Shown: piece by piece, positions 1 to 10,115 of the stretch
Layout of the letters: the number at the start of each line of letters is the position of its first letter
How positions within the stretch are numbered: the stretch's first letter is position 1
Source of the DNA: Halodesulfurarchaeum sp.
Lineage (GTDB): Archaea > Halobacteriota > Halobacteria > Halobacteriales > Halobacteriaceae
Reading direction: 5' to 3'
Assembly (NCBI GenBank): GCA_042216015.1
Contig: JBDGUI010000026.1
Location: forward strand, 1-58,050
Length of the DNA stretch: 58,050 nucleotides
Made by a program: the position numbers and the translations under genes
The notes under the pieces: generated by a model
Database searches by the model: none
What the model was told of the DNA's origin: nothing
Seen by the model: only the letters and a program-made list of their open reading frames with translations

Positions 1-52
1 ATCCTCCTGGCTTGCGGAGCCAGGGACCGGAGTTCAAATCTCCGCCAGGACG
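1..52 (+). tRNA. tRNA-Arg(GCG), 3' portion (5' end lies outside the window)
   Basis: Anticodon arm CTGGC-TTGCGGA-GCCAG (anticodon GCG), T-arm CGGAG-TTCAAAT-CTCCG, then acceptor 3' strand CCAGGACG. Confidence 0.9.
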
Positions 53-159
53 TCATTCTCCCACGCTCACGCGACGAGCGACGCCGTCGCTCGTCGCGGG
101 TCGAATGTCGTCCTGACGTGCCCCCGGTCGCTTCGTTCCCGGGGACTCCGCCAGGACGT
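40..159. repeat. 14-bp direct repeat of the tRNA 3' end enclosing nested inverted repeats
   Basis: CTCCGCCAGGACGT at 40-53 and 146-159; perfect 13-bp hairpin arms at 70-82/86-98; outer arms at 46-58/103-115 (12/13 match); CCCCGG...CCGGGG at 122-144. Confidence 0.85.
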
Positions 160-332
160 TCCGTGGAAGCTCACGGAACGAACACCGTGGGTTTCTTGAT
201 TTGTCATCGCTCGGTGGCTTCTACGCCGTTCTATTCACGTCCAAAACTCGTCCATTGACAGGACTCACCGTCTTGCTGAGGTGGAAACCCCGCTGCCACC
301 GCCTATTTACCCCTACCCCGCTTGCTTCCGCT

Positions 333-1703
333 ATGCGAGACGTTGACGTGATCGTCATCGGCGGCGGAACGGGCAACTCCGTGGCCGAAGCCGCCGCGGA
401 GGCGGGGCTGGAGACGGTGCTGATCGAGAGGGGCCCGCTCGGTGGCACCTGTCTGAATCGGGGCTGTAACCCCTCGAAGATGCTCATCCACCGGGCGACG
501 ATCGTGGACGCGATCGACTCGGCCGGACACTTCGGCATCGATGCGACGGTCGAGAACGTGGACTTCGAGGGAACCGTCGAGGACGTGAACGCAACGCTTG
601 GAGACATCGCGGACCGGATGGAGCAGGACTTTCGCGAGCGAGCGAACCTTACCCTCGTCAAAGACCACGCTCGCTTCGTCGACGACCGAACGATCGAGGT
701 CGCCGGGGAGACCTACCGCGGGGATCGGGTCCTCATTGCGACCGGCAGCCGGCCGGTCGTCCCGCCCATCGAGGGGTTGGAGGCGGTCCCGTTCCTCACG
801 AGTGACGACGCCATCGCCCTCTCCGACCAGCCCGGGAGCCTCGTGATCGTCGGTGGCGGGTACATCGGGGCCGAACTGGGCTACTTCTTCGAACGAATGG
901 GGACTGCGGTCACGATCGTGCATTCCGGGGATCGCCTGCTCGACCGGGAGGATCGAGAGGTCGCGGCCGAATTCACCGAGATTGCCGCGACGCGCCACAC
1001 CGTCCTGACCGGGCATCGGGCGATCGCGGTGGAAGCGGCGGACGCCGGCGTGGCGGTACACGCCGAAAGCGAGGACGGCGAGACGACCGTCACGGGAGAC
1101 CGTCTCCTGCTCGCGGTCGGTCGGCGGCCCAACACTGACGATCTCGGGCTGGAACACACCGCCGTCGAGACCGACGAGCGGGGCTTCGTCGACACGAACG
1201 CGTCCCTCGAAACCACCGCGGAGAACGTCTGGGCACAGGGTGACGTCGCGGGCCACTTCCCGTTCAAACACGCGGGGGACTTCGAGACCAGGCACGCTAT
1301 CGACGCCATCGTCCACGAGGAGCGCGAGCCGGTCGATTACACCGCGATGCCCCACGCCGTCTTCGCGGAGCCGCAGATCGGTGGGGTCGGGGACACCCAG
1401 CAGGCTCTCGAGAGCGAAACGCGGGACTTCGTCCTGGGCCGGGCCCGATTCGAAGACACGGCGATGGGGCGTGCGAAGGGACTGGAGGGCCTAGCGAAGG
1501 TCCTCGCCGCCCCGGACGGCGAGATCCTGGGGGTTCACGTCCTCGGACACGAGGCCTCCTCACTGATCCACGAGGCCGTGATCGCGATGCGGGACGGGAG
1601 CGGCACCGTCTGGGATATCGCCGACGCGATCCACGCACATCCGACCCTCTCGAAGGTCGTCGAGGCGGCCTTCCGGGACGCGGCGGCGCAGGTCGATGCG
1701 TGA
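333..1703 (+). CDS. Dihydrolipoamide dehydrogenase-family pyridine nucleotide-disulfide oxidoreductase
   Basis: VIVIGGGTG FAD motif, GGTCLNRGCNPSK redox disulfide, GGGYIG NAD motif, C-terminal HAHPTLS; ATG at 333. Confidence 0.85.
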   Translation: MRDVDVIVIGGGTGNSVAEAAAEAGLETVLIERGPLGGTCLNRGCNPSKMLIHRATIVDAIDSAGHFGIDATVENVDFEGTVEDVNATLGDIADRMEQDFRERANLTLVKDHARFVDDRTIEVAGETYRGDRVLIATGSRPVVPPIEGLEAVPFLTSDDAIALSDQPGSLVIVGGGYIGAELGYFFERMGTAVTIVHSGDRLLDREDREVAAEFTEIAATRHTVLTGHRAIAVEAADAGVAVHAESEDGETTVTGDRLLLAVGRRPNTDDLGLEHTAVETDERGFVDTNASLETTAENVWAQGDVAGHFPFKHAGDFETRHAIDAIVHEEREPVDYTAMPHAVFAEPQIGGVGDTQQALESETRDFVLGRARFEDTAMGRAKGLEGLAKVLAAPDGEILGVHVLGHEASSLIHEAVIAMRDGSGTVWDIADAIHAHPTLSKVVEAAFRDAAAQVDA

Positions 1704-1745
1704 ATCGGGGTCGAAATCGCTCGACTCGGAGCAAGACGTCGCCCT

Positions 1746-2489
1746 TCACAGCCACACGATTGTCCCTGCCACCACGCCGACGGCGAGGAGGTAGAGGCCG
1801 AGATCGATCGGCCCGTGCTCGACGGTCGTGATCGAGGTCCGCGGCCCCGGCTCGTCGAAGCCGCGGGCCCTGAGGGCCGTCGAGAGCTCGTACCCGTAGC
1901 GAATCGTCGCGACGAGGAAGGGGACCAGCATCGGGATGCGGGCCCGCGTCCGGGCGATCGGTCCGCCCGAGAGATCGAGGCCGCGACTGCGCTGGGCGTC
2001 CTCGATCCGGCGGAATCGACGCCGGAGTACCGGCACGAGTCCGATCGTGAGCGAGAGCAGGAAGGCGAACGACCACGGAACGCCGATCCCCGCGAGTGCG
2101 GCCTCGAACCGGTCGGTCTCGGTGCCGAGGGCGAACCAGGCCGCCGCTCCCGCTACGACGACGAGCCGCACCGCGATGAGCAGTGCCCGTCTCACTCCGG
2201 CGGGCGTGAGCGCGAGCCGGACCGGCCCGACTGGCACCGAGATCCACGCCGGCCCGGAGGCATAGAAGATCGAGTTGATCCCGACGATGAGGACGACGAG
2301 GACGCCGATGGGGGCCAGCGCGGAAAGCCACTCCCCGAGGGAAACCTCGCGGAGAACCACGACGAGGCCCACGAACAGGGAGAGCAACACCAGCTGACTC
2401 GGGATCGAACCGGCGAGGAAGCTCGCGAGGACGAACCCGCTGGCGAGGGCGAATTTGGCCCGTGGATCGAAACGGGGGGCCTCCGTCAT
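1746..2489 (-). CDS. ECF transporter transmembrane component T (CbiQ/EcfT family)
   Basis: Hydrophobic; FDPRAK N-terminus, AQRSRG and ALRARGF motifs; start overlaps the stop of the upstream ATPase. Confidence 0.85.
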   Translation of the reverse strand: MTEAPRFDPRAKFALASGFVLASFLAGSIPSQLVLLSLFVGLVVVLREVSLGEWLSALAPIGVLVVLIVGINSIFYASGPAWISVPVGPVRLALTPAGVRRALLIAVRLVVVAGAAAWFALGTETDRFEAALAGIGVPWSFAFLLSLTIGLVPVLRRRFRRIEDAQRSRGLDLSGGPIARTRARIPMLVPFLVATIRYGYELSTALRARGFDEPGPRTSITTVEHGPIDLGLYLLAVGVVAGTIVWL

Positions 2490-3262
2490 GGCCCGCCCTC
2501 CGGCTTCTCGCCCCGTTCGAGCAGGTCGACGGCCTCGGCGACGGTGCGTGGCGGCGGCTCGATGTCCCGCGCGCTGGCCCACGCGACCGGCTGTGGTGGG
2601 TCGAGACCGGCGGCCTCGAGGTCGAAGTCGGGATCGGCGAGTACCGAATCGACCGGTCCCTGCCGACGGAGTCCCGACTCGTCGAGCACGATCGCCCGGT
2701 CGGCGTACCGCCACGCGAAATCCGTGTCATGGGTGACCGCGAGGACCGTTCGATCGAGTGCGCCGAGGCGGTCCCCGAGGCGCTCCCATGCCTCCCGGTC
2801 GAGCCCGCTCGTGGGTTCGTCGAGTCCGAGGATGTCCGGATCCCCGGCGAGCACCGCGGCGATCGTCACGAGACGCTTCTCGCCCTCGGAGAGGGTGTGG
2901 GGATCGCGCTCGGCGAGTCCCGCGATCCCGAGCCGATGCATGGCCTCGGTCACGTGTTCGTCGACGGGCAGGCCCCGATTCTCGGGGAAGAAGGCGATCT
3001 CCTCGGCGACCGTCGGGGAGAAGAGCCCGTCGGCCGGCGTCTCCGGGGCGAGGCCGACGATCGGCTCCCCTCGCCCGTCGATCTCGATTCCGCCGGCTGC
3101 CGGTTCGAGCAGTCCGGCGAGCAATCGGAGAAGCGTCGTCTTGCCGGTCCCGTTTGCCCCGAGCACGGCGAGGACCCCGCCGGTCTCGATGGAGAGGGTG
3201 AGCCCGTCGAACACCTGAGGGCCGTCGTCGAACGCGAAGGACAGGTCCTCGATTTCGAGCAC
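2486..3262 (-). CDS. ECF transporter ATPase (EcfA)
   Basis: Walker A GANGTGKTT, signature LSEGEKR, Walker B LGLDEPT, THD switch. Confidence 0.9.
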   Translation of the reverse strand: MLEIEDLSFAFDDGPQVFDGLTLSIETGGVLAVLGANGTGKTTLLRLLAGLLEPAAGGIEIDGRGEPIVGLAPETPADGLFSPTVAEEIAFFPENRGLPVDEHVTEAMHRLGIAGLAERDPHTLSEGEKRLVTIAAVLAGDPDILGLDEPTSGLDREAWERLGDRLGALDRTVLAVTHDTDFAWRYADRAIVLDESGLRRQGPVDSVLADPDFDLEAAGLDPPQPVAWASARDIEPPPRTVAEAVDLLERGEKPEGGP

Positions 3263-3265
3263 GGG

Positions 3266-4012
3266 TCACCCTCCGGAGAGCGGAACGGACTCGGCCGGCT
3301 CTCCTCTCGCCAGCGCGACGGCGGTCGCGAAGGGGATCTCGACGCCCGCCTCTTCGAGTGAACCGACGACCGTCCTCGGGGCCCCGCTCGCACCGATTTT
3401 CCCGTCCTCGAGCAGGATCGCCCGGTCGGCGAGTTCGAGGAGGGCGGTCGCGTCGTGTTCGGCGATCAGGAGGGCTCGCTCACCATGCAGCTCCTCGATC
3501 GCGTCGAGCACCAGTCGGCGATTCCTGGCGTCGAGAGCGGCCAGCGGTTCGTCGAGGACGACGAGGTCCGGCTCGGTGACGAGGGTCCCGAGGAGCGCCA
3601 CGAGTGTCGTTTCGCCCCGGGACAGCGCCGCTATCTCCCGGTCGAGGAGGTGGGTCACATCGAGTCGGTCGGCCCAGTCCGCTATCCGCCGGTGGATCTC
3701 CGGCGGCTCGACCCCCCGGTTTTCGAGGCCGAAGGCCACATCGGCGCGGACCCGGCCCCGGACGAGCTGGGTTCGCGGGTCCTGAAAGCACATACCGACG
3801 GAGCCGTCTCGGCTGACCTCGCCGTCGACCGTGACCGTCGAGGCGCCCGAGAGCAGCCCAGCGACCGCCCGTCCCAGCAGGGTTTTCCCGCTTCCCGATG
3901 GCCCCGCGAGCAGGACTGACTCCTCGGGTGTGACCGCGAGTGAGACCCCGTCCAAGAGCTTCGTTTCGTCCGTAGCGCGGACGGTCAACGCCTCGACGGT
4001 GAGGAGACTCAT
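3266..4012 (-). CDS. ECF transporter ATPase (EcfA')
   Basis: GPSGSGKT, FQDP, LSRGE, VLDEP; ATG at 4012 overlaps the S-component stop. Confidence 0.88.
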   Translation of the reverse strand: MSLLTVEALTVRATDETKLLDGVSLAVTPEESVLLAGPSGSGKTLLGRAVAGLLSGASTVTVDGEVSRDGSVGMCFQDPRTQLVRGRVRADVAFGLENRGVEPPEIHRRIADWADRLDVTHLLDREIAALSRGETTLVALLGTLVTEPDLVVLDEPLAALDARNRRLVLDAIEELHGERALLIAEHDATALLELADRAILLEDGKIGASGAPRTVVGSLEEAGVEIPFATAVALARGEPAESVPLSGG

Positions 4013-4509
4013 CTGAGTTCGGGGATTCGATCCTCGAGGACCTTCGACAGCGGAACCGCGAGGGCGAAGCCCACCACCGCCTGGAGGACGTCGATCAGCA
4101 GCTCCTTGCCCGCGAAGGGAATCCCCTCCACGACGGCTACCGTGAGGACGTAGGCCACGATCATCACGGGTGCCCCCGCCGCGACGGCGATGGCCTTGCT
4201 CCGGAGACTTGCTCCCGACAATCGGCCGACGACGTATCCCTCGACCCCCTTCGCTATGAAGGTGATCGGGGCGTACATCGGAAACCCCAGAAGGACGTCC
4301 GCCGCCGCCGCTCCCACCCCACCTGCAAGCCCGGCGACCGTTCCCCCGAAGAGGAACGCGGCCGTGTAGATGATCACCTCGCCGAAGTTCAGATAGCCGA
4401 TTCCGACGGGAATTGCGATGGCCATCGTGGCGACTGTCACGGCGGCCCCGATCACCGCGCTGAGCGCGACCGTCGTCGCGTCGAGTTCGAACGAGTTCCC
4501 TGATTGCAT
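4009..4509 (-). CDS. ECF transporter substrate-specific S component (substrate unknown)
   Basis: 166-aa hydrophobic protein with GYLNFGE motif, first gene of an S-A-A'-T operon. Confidence 0.8.
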   Translation of the reverse strand: MQSGNSFELDATTVALSAVIGAAVTVATMAIAIPVGIGYLNFGEVIIYTAAFLFGGTVAGLAGGVGAAAADVLLGFPMYAPITFIAKGVEGYVVGRLSGASLRSKAIAVAAGAPVMIVAYVLTVAVVEGIPFAGKELLIDVLQAVVGFALAVPLSKVLEDRIPELR

Positions 4510-4681
4510 TGTGCGTACGTCTCGCAGTCGGCAAGTAGGCCCTTTCGATTCGGGACAGTGTTACTGCCTGCCACATCGATCGTGAAGAATCGGAATGGCC
4601 GTGGGATCCGAGCGACCGGAAAGCCAGTGGCGCCTGCCGCACTGCGAACCCTCTTTTACCCGGGCGCGGAACGCTCCGGCA

Positions 4682-6070
4682 ATGGCTGACCCACCGCCCA
4701 CCGAGGAGGGCTGGTTCGTACTCCATGACTTCCGCCGAATCGACTGGCCCGAGTGGCAGGATACCCCCGAATCCCAGCAGGAGGTCGCGATCGAGGCCGC
4801 TGTCGAGTACCTCGAAACGATTGGCGAGGGGGAAGTGGGCGAGACGGCCATCTTCACCGTCGCCGGGCACGAGGCCGACCTCCTCCTCATTCACCTGCGC
4901 CCGACACTCGACGCGGTCGAGCGGGCCGAACGCCAGCTCGACCTCACGCCGTTCGGCCGATTCGCCGGGTCCACCCGCTCGTTCGTCTCGGTCACGGAGG
5001 TCGGCGGCTACACCTCACGGGACTACTTCGAGGAGGACGGCGAGGTCGATCCAGGACTGGCCCGGTACATGGAGTCGAAACTGTATCCCTCGATTCCCGA
5101 GACGGGTTATGTCTCCTTCTATCCGATGGAAAAGCGCCGGGACCCCGAGTACAACTGGTATGACACGCCCATGGACGAGCGGGCCCAAATGATGGCCGAA
5201 CACGGCGAGACCGGGAAGGGCTACGCTGGCCAGGTCGTCCAGTACATCACCTCCGGGTTCGGGCTCGACGACTGGGAGTGGGGGGTCACCCTCTTCAGCG
5301 AAGACCCGACGGCGCTCAAGCGGATCGTCTACGAGATGCGCTTCGACGAGGCGACCGCCAAGTACGGCGAGTTCGGTCCCTTCTTCGTCGGCCGTCGCTT
5401 CCCTCCAAGCGATCTCGGGGCTTACATGGCGGGTGAGACGGTTCCAGTCGAGAGCGGGGACGGGGCGGAGACCGACGCCGAGGGCCACGCCGTCCGCGAG
5501 GCCCTTGACGCGGAGAACGTCTACGCCGGCCAACCGCACGGCGAGGACGTCCACGCCGTCGCGCTCTATTCGGAAGCCGATGTCGAGACCCTCGAAGAGA
5601 CGATCGACGGAATGCGTTCGAACTTCGAGCACTACGACACCCACGTCTCGACGGTGGTGTACCGCTCCCGTGGCGACGGCCCGAACGCGGTCGTGAGCAT
5701 CTGGGACACTCAGTCGGCGGCCGAGACGGCCAGTGGCTTTCTCGCCGACCTCCCGGAGACCGTCGGCCGGCCGGGCGACGCCCCGGACGGGTGGGGCACC
5801 ATGGGGATGTTCTACACCGTCGAACCAGACCATCGCGAGGAGTTCGTCGAGACCTTCGATGGCGTCGTGGACGCACTCGAGGACCTCGATGGACATCGCG
5901 AGACCGACCTGCTCGTGAACGTGGACGACGAGAACGACATGTTCATCGCCAGCCAATGGGATTCCCGCGAGGACGCGATGGACTTCTTCGAATCCGCGGC
6001 GTTCCGCGAGACGGTTTCTGCGGGGCGCGAAATGCTCGGGGATCGGCCCAGGCACGTGTTTCTTGGCTAG
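4682..6070 (+). CDS. pitA: Chlorite dismutase/coproheme decarboxylase (ChdC/HemQ-like) domain fused to ABM domains (haloarchaeal PitA type)
   Basis: EGWFVLHDF, FYPMEKRR, WY...HG...G, GLDDWEWGV, YEMRFDE motifs; C-terminal ABM-like region (GMFYTV...FIASQW). Confidence 0.85.
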   Translation: MADPPPTEEGWFVLHDFRRIDWPEWQDTPESQQEVAIEAAVEYLETIGEGEVGETAIFTVAGHEADLLLIHLRPTLDAVERAERQLDLTPFGRFAGSTRSFVSVTEVGGYTSRDYFEEDGEVDPGLARYMESKLYPSIPETGYVSFYPMEKRRDPEYNWYDTPMDERAQMMAEHGETGKGYAGQVVQYITSGFGLDDWEWGVTLFSEDPTALKRIVYEMRFDEATAKYGEFGPFFVGRRFPPSDLGAYMAGETVPVESGDGAETDAEGHAVREALDAENVYAGQPHGEDVHAVALYSEADVETLEETIDGMRSNFEHYDTHVSTVVYRSRGDGPNAVVSIWDTQSAAETASGFLADLPETVGRPGDAPDGWGTMGMFYTVEPDHREEFVETFDGVVDALEDLDGHRETDLLVNVDDENDMFIASQWDSREDAMDFFESAAFRETVSAGREMLGDRPRHVFLG

Positions 6071-6123
6071 CTGGGACCGCTCCCCGCAATTGCTTTGTCC
6101 CGCGCCTGCCGTATGATACCGCA

Positions 6124-6996
6124 ATGACCGAGGACGAGGAACTCGCGGTGGACCACCGAAAGCCCGGGGCGGTGTTCGAACTCGTTTCGAACGACCTCCG
6201 GGTGGACATCGTCAGAGCACTCGGCGAGGCTCGAGAGCCCCTCTCGTTTTCCTCGCTGCGCGAAATCGTGGGTGAGCGGGATTCGGGCAAGTTCAACTAT
6301 CATCTCCGAAAGCTCGTCGGGCACTTCGTGACCCAGGGAGAGCAGGGCTACCGGCTCTCCATCGCTGGCGAACAGATGTACGGGACGATGCTTTCGGGGG
6401 CCTACACGGCCCATGCGACCGTCGAACCCTTCGAATTCGACGGGCCCTGTCCCCTGTGTGGGAACGACGTCCTCGTCGCGGAGTACGCAGCGGAGACCCC
6501 GGAACTGCACTGTCCGAACTGCGAGGACTGGTTCAACGAATTCCCGTTTCCACCCGGCAGTCTGGGCGAGTTCGATCGCCAGGAATTGCCGGCTGCCTTC
6601 GATCGCTGGATGCGGACGACGCTACAAACGTTCCTCCACGGCTTCTGTGCGAACTGCGGTGGCCGGGTGGAGGCTTGCCTCGAGCAAACGGCCGCCGGGG
6701 ATCCGTTGCCGATTCGGGCCACCTACGAGTGTGGACGGTGTGGCGAGGAACTCCAGGCCTCGCCATCGCTGCCGGTGTTTTTCCACTCGACGGCCGTCTC
6801 GTTTTTCGATCGGCACGGCGTCGACGTCTTCCGGGATCCCACCTGGCAGTTTTACGGCCCGGAGGACGAGGTCAGCGTCGAGATCGTCGACGAAGAACCG
6901 GTGCGGGTCGAGGTGGTCGTCACGATGGGGGCCGAAACCCTCCGGGCAACGGTCGGGCCCGAGGTGACCGTCGAACGCGTCTCGATCGATCAGTAG
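6124..6996 (+). CDS. Winged-helix (ArsR-like) regulator with multiple CxxC zinc-ribbon motifs
   Basis: LSFSSLRE...DSGKFNYHLRKL HTH; CPLC, CPNC, CANC, CGRC. Confidence 0.8.
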   Translation: MTEDEELAVDHRKPGAVFELVSNDLRVDIVRALGEAREPLSFSSLREIVGERDSGKFNYHLRKLVGHFVTQGEQGYRLSIAGEQMYGTMLSGAYTAHATVEPFEFDGPCPLCGNDVLVAEYAAETPELHCPNCEDWFNEFPFPPGSLGEFDRQELPAAFDRWMRTTLQTFLHGFCANCGGRVEACLEQTAAGDPLPIRATYECGRCGEELQASPSLPVFFHSTAVSFFDRHGVDVFRDPTWQFYGPEDEVSVEIVDEEPVRVEVVVTMGAETLRATVGPEVTVERVSIDQ

Positions 6997-7009
6997 CACG
7001 CTCGGTGAC

Positions 7010-7291
7010 CTACCGATCGAGTTTCGGCAACCGGTCATGCCGCCCTCCTTCGTGGCTAATACCAGTTATTACAGCACTTGGATGGAGTCGGCTTCCGCTG
7101 GGTCGCCAGACCCGGCTGGCGACCAGTCCGGCCACCAGCCCCATGATTGCGCTCGTCGCGGCGACTGGATAGGAAAGCGCGAACACGAGACCCCCTATCG
7201 CGATCAACACGATCGCACTCGCTTTGCCGATCTCGATCGTGGTGTAGGTTCGCGTCGATTCTTGGCCTGTGGGGGAATGGGAAGTCATCAT
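7010..7291 (-). CDS. Small hypothetical membrane protein
   Basis: 93 aa from ATG 7291 with two hydrophobic segments; AT-rich promoter-like DNA upstream. Confidence 0.4.
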   Translation of the reverse strand: MMTSHSPTGQESTRTYTTIEIGKASAIVLIAIGGLVFALSYPVAATSAIMGLVAGLVASRVWRPSGSRLHPSAVITGISHEGGRHDRLPKLDR

Positions 7292-7473
7292 TACAGCTTG
7301 TGAGAGGAATCCCACCTCCATAAGTATAATCTGAATTACATTTCTGTAATCCGAATTACTGAAATTCACTTCTGTCGATACGACACTGTTCGAATAAGCT
7401 GATTCCATACCCACGAACCCCCACAGTGCTGGGCAGATGTCGTCCGATCTCCTGGCCCTTTCGGAAATGCCAT

Positions 7474-8145
7474 TCACGCTCGACGTTCGCGATCCACGGT
7501 CCTCACCGAGAACAGGGAGGCATCCGAAAGGACCGTCTGCACCCGGCCGTGCCACGCCTCGGCGAACACTCGCCGCTCCTCCTCGCTGGCCGTCCCCTCG
7601 ATCATCCGCGGGAGGGTGCCGAGCGCCGGTCCCCCATCCGGGACGGCTCCGACGTCGTAGGTCACCTCGACGGTGTCGTCCGTGTCGGTCCGGTGGAATC
7701 GGAACGTGGGTGCCGCGCTGTCGGGTTCGAATGCGTCGTACACCAGCAGGTTCCGACGATCTCCATGGCCGTTCCCCAGGCCGCCGAAGCCGTCCTCCTG
7801 GGCCGCGCCGGTCACGTACGAGATGAGTCGCCCCATCACCCCGTAGGTGGCGTCCTCGCGGGGTTCCGGGGCACGCACTTCGACGTCGCCTCGAACCGGG
7901 AGATCCTCCGGGTAGAGGGCGTCGAGGCTCAATTGGGCAATCCTGTATGCGCCGGATGCGGTCGGGCAGGAGTGGCCGGCGGCTTTGACCAGATCCTCGT
8001 AGGTGAGGACGAACGGCTCGCCGGGTTCGAGGACCGCCAGTGCCTCCGCGACCGGATCGCGGATCCGGATCGGTTCGACGTCGTAGTCGACGGCCACGTT
8101 CGATTCTTTCCGGTTCGTGTCGGTCGGAGTCGTGTTCTGTGACAT
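7474..8145 (-). CDS. FmdE-like domain protein
   Basis: AGHSCPTASGAY resembles the FmdE HxCP motif; lies 36 bp downstream of the ATPase on the same strand. Confidence 0.6.
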   Translation of the reverse strand: MSQNTTPTDTNRKESNVAVDYDVEPIRIRDPVAEALAVLEPGEPFVLTYEDLVKAAGHSCPTASGAYRIAQLSLDALYPEDLPVRGDVEVRAPEPREDATYGVMGRLISYVTGAAQEDGFGGLGNGHGDRRNLLVYDAFEPDSAAPTFRFHRTDTDDTVEVTYDVGAVPDGGPALGTLPRMIEGTASEEERRVFAEAWHGRVQTVLSDASLFSVRTVDRERRA

Positions 8146-8181
8146 TGTGGTGAAAGTTCGCGTCTGGTTGTGTGTCTGTGC

Positions 8182-10104
8182 TCAGTGCCGCAGCAGGCGC
8201 ATCCCGTTGAGGATCACCGCGAGGACGCTCGCCTCGTGAACCAGCATGCCGAGTGCGAGCGTGACGTAACTACTCAGCACGCCGGCCAGCAACAACGTGA
8301 CCGTCAGCACGGCCAGCCCCACGTTCTCGTAGATGTTCCACCGCGTGGCCTTGCTGAGCGTGACCGCATAGGGGATGCGCTCGAGGTCGTCGGCCATCAG
8401 CGCCATGTCCGCCGTCTCGATCGCGGTGTCGGTTCCCGCTGCGCCCATGGCGATGCCCACGTCTGCGGTCGCAAGCGACGGGGCGTCGTTGATGCCGTCG
8501 CCGACCATCGCCACGACGTGCGCTTCGCTGAACTCCTCGATGACTGCCTGCTTGTCCTCGGGGAGGAGTTCGGCACGGTAATCGTCGATGCCGACCGCGT
8601 CGGCGACCGCCCGGGCCGTGCGTTCGTTGTCGCCGGTCAGCATCACCGTCTCGATCCCGGCGTCCTGCAGGCTGGCGATGACGCCAGGTGCGGACTCGCG
8701 AAGTTCGTCCCGGAGCGCGATGGCCCCGACGACGACACCATCGCGGACGACGTGGATGGCAGTTTCGCCGTGCTCCTCGCGCTCCCGGACGTACTCCCTG
8801 ACCTCCGCTGGGATGTCGATCCCGCGCTCGTCGAGCAGCGCCCGGTTCCCCACGACGATCTCGCTTCCGTCGTGGTGGGCAATGACGCCCTTTCCGGCGA
8901 CCACCTCGAAGTCCTCCGGGTCGGGGAGAGACTCCCGACCTCCGCCGGGCGGTTCGGTGCCTGCCTGGGCCGCTTTCGTCCCCCCGTCGGCGACGGGTTC
9001 CCGCCGGTCCCGGGCCGCCTCGAGGATGGCATCGCCGAGGTGATGCTCGCTCTTCTTCTCGGCGATGGCCGCGAGCTCGAGGACCTCGTCGTCATCGGTG
9101 GCGAACCCGTCCACGTCGGCAACGGCAGTCTCGCCCTTCGTCAGGGTCCCGGTCTTGTCGAAGGCGACGAGGTCGATCTTGCCGGCCTCCTCGAGGTGCT
9201 CGCCGCCCTTCATGAGGACGCCGTTTCGAGCGGCGTTGCCGATGGCGCTCACGATACTCACCGGCGGCCCGATCACCAGCGCACCGGGGCAGCCGATCAC
9301 CAGCAGCGTCAGCGAGAGAATCGCGTTCTGCGTGAGAGCGTAGGCCCCGATGGATAGCGCGATCACTCCCGGCGTGTAGTACTTCGCGAACCGATCGATC
9401 AGGCTCTCGGTCGGCGACTGGGCCTCCTGGGCCTCCTCGACGCGCTGGATGATGCGCTGGAGAGTCGTATCCGATCCGGCACCGGTCGTCTCGATTTCCA
9501 GGGCCCCCTCCTGATTGATGGTCCCGGCGTAGACCTCCTCGCCGTCGACCTTGTGGACGGGCGCGCTCTCGCCGGTGACCGGGGCCTGGTTGACGGCGCT
9601 CTCGCCATCGACGACGTCCCCATCGACCGGAATCTTCTCGCCCGGCTTCACGATCACGATCTCGCCGTCTTCGACCTCACGGGCGGGCACCTCCTGCTGT
9701 TCGCCGTCGCGGCGAACCGTCGCCGTGTCCGGCGTCATTTCGAGGAGTTCCTCGAGGGCGTTGCGGGTCTTTCGCATCGTCCGTCCCTCGAGGTAGGATC
9801 CGAGCGCGAACAGGAAGACCACGGCTGCGGCCTCCCAGTAGGCTCCAATGGCGATGGCACCGAGTGCCGCCAGCGTCACGAGCGTCTTGATCCCGAGCGT
9901 TCGGCTCTTGATCTCGTGGTAGGCGGTCTTGGCGATGTCGTACCCGCCGACGACCGCCGCGATGAGCAAGATCGCGTCACTGGTTGCTTCGAGCCCCGTG
10001 AAGTACCCGAGACTCCAGCCTCCACCGTAGAGCAGACCGCTCAGCGCGACGATGATGGCCTTTCGGTGTTTGCGATAGTGCTGTTTCACTGATTGTGTTT
10101 TCAT
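8182..10104 (-). CDS. Heavy-metal P1B-type ATPase (CPG variant)
   Basis: TGES actuator, IGCPGAL transmembrane motif, FDKTGTLT phosphorylation site, GDGINDAP, C-terminal HEAS; ATG at 10104. Confidence 0.93.
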   Translation of the reverse strand: MKTQSVKQHYRKHRKAIIVALSGLLYGGGWSLGYFTGLEATSDAILLIAAVVGGYDIAKTAYHEIKSRTLGIKTLVTLAALGAIAIGAYWEAAAVVFLFALGSYLEGRTMRKTRNALEELLEMTPDTATVRRDGEQQEVPAREVEDGEIVIVKPGEKIPVDGDVVDGESAVNQAPVTGESAPVHKVDGEEVYAGTINQEGALEIETTGAGSDTTLQRIIQRVEEAQEAQSPTESLIDRFAKYYTPGVIALSIGAYALTQNAILSLTLLVIGCPGALVIGPPVSIVSAIGNAARNGVLMKGGEHLEEAGKIDLVAFDKTGTLTKGETAVADVDGFATDDDEVLELAAIAEKKSEHHLGDAILEAARDRREPVADGGTKAAQAGTEPPGGGRESLPDPEDFEVVAGKGVIAHHDGSEIVVGNRALLDERGIDIPAEVREYVREREEHGETAIHVVRDGVVVGAIALRDELRESAPGVIASLQDAGIETVMLTGDNERTARAVADAVGIDDYRAELLPEDKQAVIEEFSEAHVVAMVGDGINDAPSLATADVGIAMGAAGTDTAIETADMALMADDLERIPYAVTLSKATRWNIYENVGLAVLTVTLLLAGVLSSYVTLALGMLVHEASVLAVILNGMRLLRH

Positions 10105-10115
10105 GTCTCTTTCCC

